The notes under the pieces: model-generated
Seen by the model: only the letters and a program-made list of their open reading frames with translations
Told to the model about the DNA's origin: nothing
The model's database searches: none
IMG/VR virus record: IMGVR_UViG_3300034123_000006
Coordinates: 1 to 46,292 of that record
DNA from: a virus
Taxonomy: Duplodnaviria > Caudoviricetes
Direction: 5' to 3' (one strand)
DNA: 46,292 bases
Program-made: the position numbers and the translations under genes
Shown: piece after piece, positions 20,120 through 26,674 of the stretch
How positions within the stretch are numbered: position 1 is the stretch's first letter
Layout of the letters: every line of letters begins with the position of its first letter

Positions 20120-21178
20120 ATGGGAGTCCTGCAAATCCCAGCCGCCCCGCCCGAAGCCACCGCCAACACGCCGGGGGCGGCTCCGAACTGGCCGCCGAAG
20201 TTCACTATGTCGGGCGAGCACGTTGGTGTGCGCGCCTTATCGGTTGTCCCTCCTACTGGCGCCACGACGAACAAGCAGCCGTGCAACTGGGATTCCAATT
20301 CATGGTCGAATGGTGCCCCAGGGACGGCTCTCGGCTACACCTGGAATCGCGCCACGCACATTGGCTACAATACCGGGTATCACAGTGATTGCGGCGTCGA
20401 CGACGACGCGAAGCTTGGCTGGATTCTCGGTCTCGAAAGCGGATATTGGGACACCAACAACAGCACGTTTGGACCTGAATTCTACCTAGAAATGTACGTA
20501 GCTGGCGGGGCTTCATACCTCCGTCCCTACATGATTCGCGGAATCGATTGCGAAGGCTCCCCCGCTGTCCCTGCGTGGTTCCACATGTTCGACATTGGCG
20601 CCAGCAATCAGGGGCAGATGGTCATTACTGGTGGCGGCGGAAACCTGATGGTGCTCTACACGTCGCAACTGCACTTGCAGATGCCAAACGTGCTTGTGTA
20701 CGGGGACTTGGCCATCGGGACCACCACGCCTTATCACACGGCAAACTGGAACAACTTAACCATGGTCGGGACTACCGGCACCGCGATCAAGATGGTTGGC
20801 GGGTCACAGTCTGCTCTCATCGAGATGGTAGCCAGCGGATTTTACTTTGGCTCATTCGAGGCAAACTTGCCGGTGAGCATTCTGATGGGCGGTTTCGTCG
20901 GGGCGTCGCTGGATGGTCGGAAGAATTTCACATTGGGCTCTGGTGCAGCCGGGGCCACAGCGCTCGAATGTCTAGTCCTTCCAAACACGGCGACCGCGCC
21001 AACGGCATCGGCGGACAAGGCGCACTTGTATTGCGGGGACTTGTCGGCGGGCAACGCCACCCTCGGGATTTGGACGGAAACTGCCGTGGCCGCTGATGCC
21101 GCGAGGGCCAGTACACATTCGATCAAGATGCTCGTCAACGGGACGGCGTATCGGTTCCTTATTTCCAACGCCGCATAG
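20120..21178 (+). CDS. Putative tail fibre / receptor-binding protein
   Basis: 352 aa, G/T/S-rich beta content, GDLAIGTTTP fibre-shaft-like motif; visibly more AT-rich codon usage. Confidence 0.5.
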   Translation: MGVLQIPAAPPEATANTPGAAPNWPPKFTMSGEHVGVRALSVVPPTGATTNKQPCNWDSNSWSNGAPGTALGYTWNRATHIGYNTGYHSDCGVDDDAKLGWILGLESGYWDTNNSTFGPEFYLEMYVAGGASYLRPYMIRGIDCEGSPAVPAWFHMFDIGASNQGQMVITGGGGNLMVLYTSQLHLQMPNVLVYGDLAIGTTTPYHTANWNNLTMVGTTGTAIKMVGGSQSALIEMVASGFYFGSFEANLPVSILMGGFVGASLDGRKNFTLGSGAAGATALECLVLPNTATAPTASADKAHLYCGDLSAGNATLGIWTETAVAADAARASTHSIKMLVNGTAYRFLISNAA

Positions 21179-21185
21179 GAGTAAA

Positions 21186-21584
21186 ATGTCCATCAAGCTC
21201 ACACTGAAGCAAATTTCCATCGCTGTGAACTCAGGCGCAGTCGAGAAAGCGCAAACGGCAATACCGCCAGGCGCTCCGCGCTTCGTCGCGGCCAAACTCC
21301 TCGGTCTGCTGTACGCGCAGGTTGAGGAGATGAACAAACAGCAATCCGAGCTGTTCAAGGTTCACGGCGTCCCCGGAAAAGACGACAAGGGAAACGCCTG
21401 CTACACGTTGGCCGGTTGCCCGATGGAAAACGTCGAGGGGCACCGGGAGGCAATGACTGCACTGCTGTCGCTTGAGGTTTCCATCGAAGCTGAACCGCTT
21501 TCATATGCAGCCATGGACCCAAAGAAGCGCGATGAACTTAGCGCAAACGACATCTGCGCACTGGGGCCACTGCTGACTGAGTAG
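21186..21584 (+). CDS. Hypothetical protein, possible fibre chaperone
   Basis: ATG at 21186 after AGGAG; 132-aa helical protein following the fibre gene. Confidence 0.6.
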   Translation: MSIKLTLKQISIAVNSGAVEKAQTAIPPGAPRFVAAKLLGLLYAQVEEMNKQQSELFKVHGVPGKDDKGNACYTLAGCPMENVEGHREAMTALLSLEVSIEAEPLSYAAMDPKKRDELSANDICALGPLLTE

Positions 21585-21593
21585 AGGAGCACC

Positions 21594-22016
21594 ATGCCCC
21601 ACCCCAAAGACCAGATCACGACGGACGAACGCGAGGCGATTGCCGATGCTGTGGAGAGTGAGGTTACTTCGCGACTTGGTGGCACGCCGAAGCCAACGTC
21701 GATCAGTTCTACCGACATGAAGGCGGCGATTGATTCGAGGTGCGAGCGGTGCCGACGGCCCGACGGGTCAGTGGGCCAACTTTGGGCCGCCCTGGATCCG
21801 ATGCGAATCAAGATGTGGCTGGCCACCGGGGCGCTCGTGGTCATATCCGCCGTGTTCAGCTATACCTTACCCCGCATCAACACCAAGCTCGACGCCCTCG
21901 ACGAGATGGCCAAGGATATGGCGGCTCTCAAGGTGCAGGTCAACTTCCTGATCACGCGGCCAGGGGCCAGCCTGCCGGGCGATGTGGTACACTACGCGCA
22001 AGGGGTGACACCATGA
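21594..22016 (+). CDS. Single-TM membrane protein (holin/antiholin candidate)
   Basis: TM segment MWLATGALVVISAVFSYTL followed by a coiled coil; start of the lysis cassette. Confidence 0.5.
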   Translation: MPHPKDQITTDEREAIADAVESEVTSRLGGTPKPTSISSTDMKAAIDSRCERCRRPDGSVGQLWAALDPMRIKMWLATGALVVISAVFSYTLPRINTKLDALDEMAKDMAALKVQVNFLITRPGASLPGDVVHYAQGVTP

Positions 22017-22252
22017 AGCGGATCGGAAAGACGTTGCAGATGCGCGCTTTCGACCTCGGGCTTCTTCTTCTGGGCATCGGCGTGATTGCCATGTCGGGCG
22101 CCATCCCCGAGGCTGCCGACACGCTCAAAACGGTGGGCGGTGGCCTCTGCGGGCTCGCGCTGCCTCAGATTGGCAAGTGGTGGGGAACGCAGGCCGCCGA
22201 GGAAACCGTCACCGTTACCACGACGACCACGGACCCTCCAGAGGCAGCGTGA
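22013..22252 (+). CDS. Putative holin (2 TM)
   Basis: 79 aa, basic N-terminus and two hydrophobic segments; ATGA-coupled. Confidence 0.5.
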   Translation: MKRIGKTLQMRAFDLGLLLLGIGVIAMSGAIPEAADTLKTVGGGLCGLALPQIGKWWGTQAAEETVTVTTTTTDPPEAA

Positions 22253-22332
22253 AAGACGTTCTGCTGGCCACAGGCGTGGTCGCTGGCTTCCTGGTCGGCT
22301 GGCGTGGCTTCGCGCTGGTGTTCGTGCCGTGA
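22249..22332 (+). CDS. 27-aa hydrophobic peptide (not in the ORF track)
   Basis: (M)KDVLLATGVVAGFLVGWRGFALVFVP; GTGA overlaps at both ends. Confidence 0.5.
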   Translation: MKDVLLATGVVAGFLVGWRGFALVFVP

Positions 22333-22859
22333 CCTACGTGGTGGCCCTCCTACTGCGCATCTGGGACTCCTCGTGGTTCCGCTCCCTGGTGGTGCTGGTG
22401 GTCGGCGTGGCGCTACTCTGGGCGTTCTACGCGTGGGGCTCGCGGGTGGGCCAGAAGCGAGCGCACGCAGATGACGCCATCACCTACCAGGCAGCGCTGG
22501 CCAAGGCTGATGCCAAGTACCGAGAACAGGAGCGAGTGCATGAACAGAAAGTTTCGGACCTACGTGTTGAGTACGCCAAGACGGAGGCGGCTGCTCGTGC
22601 AAGTGATGCTGTCGTTTCTCGCGATCTGGCTGATGGTACTCGGCGGCTGCGCTTCAAAGCTGCCACCTGTCGTCCCAGTGCCCCCGCGCTTGGCCCCACC
22701 CCCGGCCGAGCTGATGGAGCCGCGGACGCCGAACTTGCGCCAGAGGTTGCAACAGCTCTCTACGCCATCACAGCCGACGGGGACCAAGCCATCCGTCAGC
22801 TGATCGCCCTGCAAGCCTGGGCCAAGGCCGCAGTGAGGCTCTGTGGGGCCACGCAGTGA
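22329..22859 (+). CDS. Rz: Rz-like inner-membrane spanin
   Basis: N-terminal TM, coiled coil, DLADGTRRLR and GDQAIRQLIALQAW motifs. Confidence 0.85.
   Translation: MTYVVALLLRIWDSSWFRSLVVLVVGVALLWAFYAWGSRVGQKRAHADDAITYQAALAKADAKYREQERVHEQKVSDLRVEYAKTEAAARASDAVVSRDLADGTRRLRFKAATCRPSAPALGPTPGRADGAADAELAPEVATALYAITADGDQAIRQLIALQAWAKAAVRLCGATQ
22540..22803 (+). CDS. Rz1: Rz1-like outer-membrane spanin lipoprotein embedded in Rz
   Basis: +1 frame inside Rz; lipobox LGGC followed by Pro-rich PPVVPVPPRLAPPPAELMEP. The start could also be 22606. Confidence 0.8.
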   Translation: MNRKFRTYVLSTPRRRRLLVQVMLSFLAIWLMVLGGCASKLPPVVPVPPRLAPPPAELMEPRTPNLRQRLQQLSTPSQPTGTKPSVS

Positions 22860-23239
22860 GGTTCTGGATACCTGGCCCCCTGCCGGGCATGAACGAAATC
22901 GTCAAGGCGGCCAAGGGCTCGGGCGGCAAGGGGTACGAGTACGCCAAGATGAAGAAGCGGTGGACGGAGAATATCTGCTGGCTGGCCAAGGCTGCCCAGG
23001 TGCCAAAGACCACGACCTATCGCCTCGGACTGCTGTGGGTTGAGCCCATCCATGCCAACGGATCCGAGCGCGACCGCGACAACATCGAGGCCGGGGTGAA
23101 GTTCATCAACGACGGCCTGAAGCTGGCCAAGATCATCCCAGACGACAAGCCGGCCAACTACCTGGGCAGCGAGCACAAGCACGAGCGGGCGGCCAAGCCC
23201 GGTGTCTGGGTAACGGTTTGGCCACAGGAGGCGGCATGA
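22856..23239 (+). CDS. rusA: RusA-family Holliday junction resolvase
   Basis: RDRDNI...K...DGL....IIPDD catalytic motif. Confidence 0.8.
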   Translation: MRFWIPGPLPGMNEIVKAAKGSGGKGYEYAKMKKRWTENICWLAKAAQVPKTTTYRLGLLWVEPIHANGSERDRDNIEAGVKFINDGLKLAKIIPDDKPANYLGSEHKHERAAKPGVWVTVWPQEAA

Positions 23240-23790
23240 ACATCGCTGACTACTTCGACGACCTCGTGGCCTTCGAGGGCATGATCCCATGGCTGTACTG
23301 CGACGTGAGAGGGTTCGCGACCACCGGCATCGGCAACCTAGTGGCGTCTCCAGCAGCGTGCGCGAAGCACCCGTGGCGACACCAGGCAGATGGCAGGGCG
23401 GCGCTTCCCGGAGAGGCTGAAACCCTCTGGAAGGACACCGTGGACGCCTACAGGAAAGACCTGGGCGCGGCGGCGTACCGGAACATCTCCGACCTTCGCC
23501 TGGCCAAGGACTACATCCAAGGGCTCGTGGCCGTCCGCCTGGAACGTGACTTCATCCCCGGCATCAAGAAGCTCTGCCACGACTTCGACGACTGGCCCCT
23601 GCCTGCCCGCCAGGCCGTCGTCGATTTGGCGTACAACCTAGGCGTGGGCGGGCTGGCGAAGTTTCACAAGCTGATAGCTGCCTGCCAAGCTCGTGACTGG
23701 GCCACGGCTGCCAGCGAGTGCAGCAGGAGCACGTGCCGCGAGACGCGCAACGCCTGGACCTTCCAGCGTTTTCTCGACGCCGTCGGATAG
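23236..23790 (+). CDS. Endolysin, GH24 phage lysozyme
   Basis: E-X8-D-X5-T triad (FEGMIPWLYCDVRGFATTG), DLAYNLG and DW..AA.E motifs. Confidence 0.9.
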   Translation: MNIADYFDDLVAFEGMIPWLYCDVRGFATTGIGNLVASPAACAKHPWRHQADGRAALPGEAETLWKDTVDAYRKDLGAAAYRNISDLRLAKDYIQGLVAVRLERDFIPGIKKLCHDFDDWPLPARQAVVDLAYNLGVGGLAKFHKLIAACQARDWATAASECSRSTCRETRNAWTFQRFLDAVG

Positions 23791-23897
23791 CTCGTCGTCG
23801 GGGTAGCACACGTCGCACGAAAGAAGGCCGCAGCCCCTTTCGGGAACTACGGCCCAGGCTCGGACTGTGGTTGTAACGCGGCTCACATATTAAGGAT

Positions 23898-23944
23898 GCC
23901 GCAAAGTCACTTCTTGCGCAACATCTTCTTGCTTTGCGGCTTTT
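23898..23944 (+). terminator. Probable terminator at the convergence of the two arms
   Basis: GCCGCAAAG...CTTTGCGGC followed by TTTT. Confidence 0.45.
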
Positions 23945-24059
23945 CCTGTGAGTCGAGGTGCATCCTGGCTGCCTTCTCGGCCTTGTGCAGCTTGGGTGTC
24001 CAGAACTCGGTCTTTGGTAGTGCTTCCACGAGGTCGCGCAGTAGCTCCGCGGATGTCAT
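23907..24059 (-). CDS. 50-aa hypothetical protein (not in the ORF track)
   Basis: MTSAELLRDLVEALPK...; ATGA overlap with the upstream gene. Confidence 0.55.
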   Translation of the reverse strand: MTSAELLRDLVEALPKTEFWTPKLHKAEKAARMHLDSQEKPQSKKMLRKK

Positions 24060-24733
24060 GGCTTGAGCACTACATGGATGATCCGAACGAGCCCGAGATT
24101 GCTGCCATCGTCGGCCATGAGTTGCACGTGGGTGTCTGACACCTTTGCCACGAACAGGGTATCAAGCTGCTCCTCGGTGTAGACCTTGGCGAAGATGGCT
24201 AGCTGGTCGTCACGCAGGGACACGCGGGCGCCCTGGGTGAGCTTCGAGGCCAGGCGGGTGACGGGCGTGGTCTTGGCCACGAAGCCTTCCCTGGAGAGCA
24301 TGGCAAGCGTGGAGCCGATGTCCTTGAAGGCAGCCTCGCTGCGGTCGATAGCATCGCGGAACCTGGACTGGTAGCCAATGTCCAGCTTGCGCAAGTCCCA
24401 GGCCCGCATCCTGCCCAGGTGAGCATCGATGCGCGGGCGAAGGTTGTCGTGGACCTCCGTCTCGACTTCGAGGCTCGGGCGCGGTGGCGCGACCACGCTC
24501 GAAGCGCCCTTCTCAAGCTGCGCCTCGGCTTTGGCCAGGTTCTCGTCAGTGGCAGGAACTACGGTGAATGCAGGATCGAAGTCCTCGGTCTGCATGTCCT
24601 CGAAGACCTTCTTGGCAAACGCTCGGTTGCTGACCAGAAACTCCTCTGCCGTCTCGCCGTCGACTTCGACGGGAAGGTCTGCAACCTTGGCTTGGGCCAA
24701 CGGAACGTCACCTTGGGAAGTTCGTATCTTCAT
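24056..24733 (-). CDS. Hypothetical protein
   Basis: 225 aa with RBS AAGGAGTGAACC-ATG. Confidence 0.8.
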   Translation of the reverse strand: MKIRTSQGDVPLAQAKVADLPVEVDGETAEEFLVSNRAFAKKVFEDMQTEDFDPAFTVVPATDENLAKAEAQLEKGASSVVAPPRPSLEVETEVHDNLRPRIDAHLGRMRAWDLRKLDIGYQSRFRDAIDRSEAAFKDIGSTLAMLSREGFVAKTTPVTRLASKLTQGARVSLRDDQLAIFAKVYTEEQLDTLFVAKVSDTHVQLMADDGSNLGLVRIIHVVLKP

Positions 24734-25007
24734 GGTTCACTCCTTCTAGAAATTGGGTTCTAAGCCTCTCGGCCACATCGTCAAAAAATGCTCTCATTTC
24801 TACCTTGTTCATGCCTCCTAGTCGATACCTCTGCGCGTCCTCGTGGTGCTCCATGCAGAGTGGGACGGCCCGGTGGTCGTGCGCCCTCAGGCCCATGCCC
24901 ACACCATGCCTGGGATGGTGGGGAGGGCCGCTCATGTTGCGGCAGCCTGGAGCGCAGCACTGGCCTTGGCCGAGCCAGCGAATATAGTCCGGATTCTCGC
25001 CTGCCAC
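24708..25007 (-). CDS. DUF968/Ref-like zinc-binding HNH-type protein
   Basis: YIRWL...CCAPGC......HH.......D..AVPLC..HH pattern; GTG start at 25007. Confidence 0.65.
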   Translation of the reverse strand: MAGENPDYIRWLGQGQCCAPGCRNMSGPPHHPRHGVGMGLRAHDHRAVPLCMEHHEDAQRYRLGGMNKVEMRAFFDDVAERLRTQFLEGVNHEDTNFPR

Positions 25008-25437
25008 TACGCGCCCCGGTTCCGCTGGGCCTCGGCTGCCATCCTGACCACGTCGCGCGGGCTGTACCCTTGTCGGTTGCACTCGTCGGCCAGGCTGGCA
25101 ATCTCCTGCACGCTCAGCGGCTCCACCATCTTCGCCAGCCTATCCCTGGCTTCGTCGAGCTCCCATTCCACCTTCCCTCGCGCTTCCCGTAGCGCCCATG
25201 CCTTCTTGACTACCTCGGCGTGAGGCATGGGTGTGCATGGCGGGACGCAGGCTTCCAGCGCATGGGCGAGTTCTGCGGCTTGCCGATTCAGCTCTGCGTT
25301 CCTCGCCTTGTCCGCAGCCCGTTCCCGCGCGTGTGCCTCTGCCGCTGCTCGATAGCCCTCGGTGTGTCCGGCGTCCCTTGCGCGGGCGATTTTAGCCCGG
25401 CGTCAATCTTGGTCAACACTTCTATTTCTATGTCCAT
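25007..25437 (-). pseudogene. Coiled-coil hypothetical gene split by a -1 frameshift
   Basis: The frame starting at ATG 25437 (MDIEIEVLTKIDA) joins, by a -1 shift near 25390-25400, the open frame AKIARARDAGHTEGY...MPHAEVV that ends at 25007. Confidence 0.45.
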
Positions 25438-25439
25438 GA

Positions 25440-25730
25440 CTACCCTGCCTTTCCTGCGATGATGGCCCTCAAGCGGTCAAGCTCGGCGATGATTTTCCGC
25501 ATGTGTTTTCCACTGAACGTCGGCGATACAATTGCAACGCGCATCCACGACTCTGCCTCTGCAAGTTTCGCGCTCTGCTCTCCCGCAAGCTCGGCCAGCG
25601 TGAGGGCCCTCACTGCGTCGGAGAATGCGTCGAGTCTCGCAGCGAACACTCCAGCCGATACCGAATCAAGCTGGGCGCTGACTATCCTGCGCGCCTCGTC
25701 CCGTGCCTGCCTCGCTTCGGCGATGGTCAC
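25440..25730 (-). CDS. Hypothetical protein
   Basis: 96 aa; coupled to its neighbours. Confidence 0.65.
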   Translation of the reverse strand: MTIAEARQARDEARRIVSAQLDSVSAGVFAARLDAFSDAVRALTLAELAGEQSAKLAEAESWMRVAIVSPTFSGKHMRKIIAELDRLRAIIAGKAG

Positions 25731-25921
25731 GACTTGCCGCCCTTCTTTGCCGCGCGCTTGCGCTTAGCAGAAATCGTTACTTCGTACAGTCGAACGGGGC
25801 GCGCTTCGGTATCCGGGTATTTGTCAGCCTCTTCCCGTTGGTCCGTTGTCCAGTCCAAATCCCAAGCGGCGCTTTCCGCCATCGCCTGGTCAGCCGCTAG
25901 CACGTAGCACTTGATCGCCAT
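25727..25921 (-). CDS. Hypothetical protein
   Basis: MAIKCYVL... after GAGGAG; basic C-terminus. Confidence 0.6.
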   Translation of the reverse strand: MAIKCYVLAADQAMAESAAWDLDWTTDQREEADKYPDTEARPVRLYEVTISAKRKRAAKKGGKS

Positions 25922-25922
25922 G

Positions 25923-26132
25923 TCAGCTTCTCCTCTCGTTCGCGCGTGCAATCTCGTCACACGTAGACCGCACCCCGGTAGCAGTCCTCTTTGCGCACGA
26001 GCACGCCCCCTCGGGGCGCTTTCTCTCGACCTTCCACAGAGCGAGTCGCAGAGCGCATAGCGGGCTCACTCCAGCTTCTCGTAGCCACTTCACGGTGTCC
26101 AGCATTTTGACCAGCCTTTCGTCATCGTCCAT
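25923..26132 (-). CDS. Hypothetical protein
   Basis: 69-aa ORF within the tightly packed operon. Confidence 0.45.
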   Translation of the reverse strand: MDDDERLVKMLDTVKWLREAGVSPLCALRLALWKVERKRPEGACSCAKRTATGVRSTCDEIARANERRS

Positions 26133-26364
26133 CCTGCATATCCAGCATCTGGTGGTACATCTGCAACTTCAACTCGTGCCAATGGCCAAGCACCACTCCG
26201 CGCGTCTTGTACTTCCACTTCGAGCGGTCTTCGTTATCGTCTCGGAACATCTCCCATACGTCGCTGTAGGTGAGGCCTGTTCTGAACTTGTCGTAGCCAG
26301 GTAGCCCATGTGCGTCACCCCACCGACTTGGCACTTCTACACCTACCGCATGACCTTTGCCCAT
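26122..26364 (-). CDS. Hypothetical protein, paralogue of 39997-40433
   Basis: PGYDKFRTGLTYSDV...W...VLG.W.ELK..MY. Confidence 0.65.
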   Translation of the reverse strand: MGKGHAVGVEVPSRWGDAHGLPGYDKFRTGLTYSDVWEMFRDDNEDRSKWKYKTRGVVLGHWHELKLQMYHQMLDMQDGR

Positions 26365-26674
26365 CTGGGTCCACCACCTCAACCACCTTCTCCTCCCCGC
26401 ATAGGTCGCACCCTCGCTTGCCCTTGGCCGCTTCTATGGCCTTGAGCATGAGGCCTTCCCATTCCTTCAGCGCATCCCTCGCGTTGCCCTTTCCTCGCTC
26501 CACGTAGGACGCGGTGGCGGCGTTGGCAGCGTGCTCGGACGCGCCGATGGCTGGGGTGAGCAGCGATGTTCCGATGGGCCACGCTGGGCCAGCAGCAGCA
26601 CACAGGCGGTCGAAGGCTTCCTGCCATGCCTTCTTGGCCAGCTGGCGGCGACGTTCTGCTTTGGGGTCATCCAT
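26315..26674 (-). CDS. Hypothetical protein with a C-terminal zinc ribbon
   Basis: CDLC...CGRC motifs. Confidence 0.65.
   Translation of the reverse strand: MDDPKAERRRQLAKKAWQEAFDRLCAAAGPAWPIGTSLLTPAIGASEHAANAATASYVERGKGNARDALKEWEGLMLKAIEAAKGKRGCDLCGEEKVVEVVDPDGQRSCGRCRSAKSVG

Noticed and set aside
4565-24745. Exact 15-mer AAGGAGTGAACCATG at three loci (4565, 5356, and 24731-24745 on the - strand)
   Set aside because: It is explained as a preferred SD-spacer-ATG sequence, and near variants precede many other genes.
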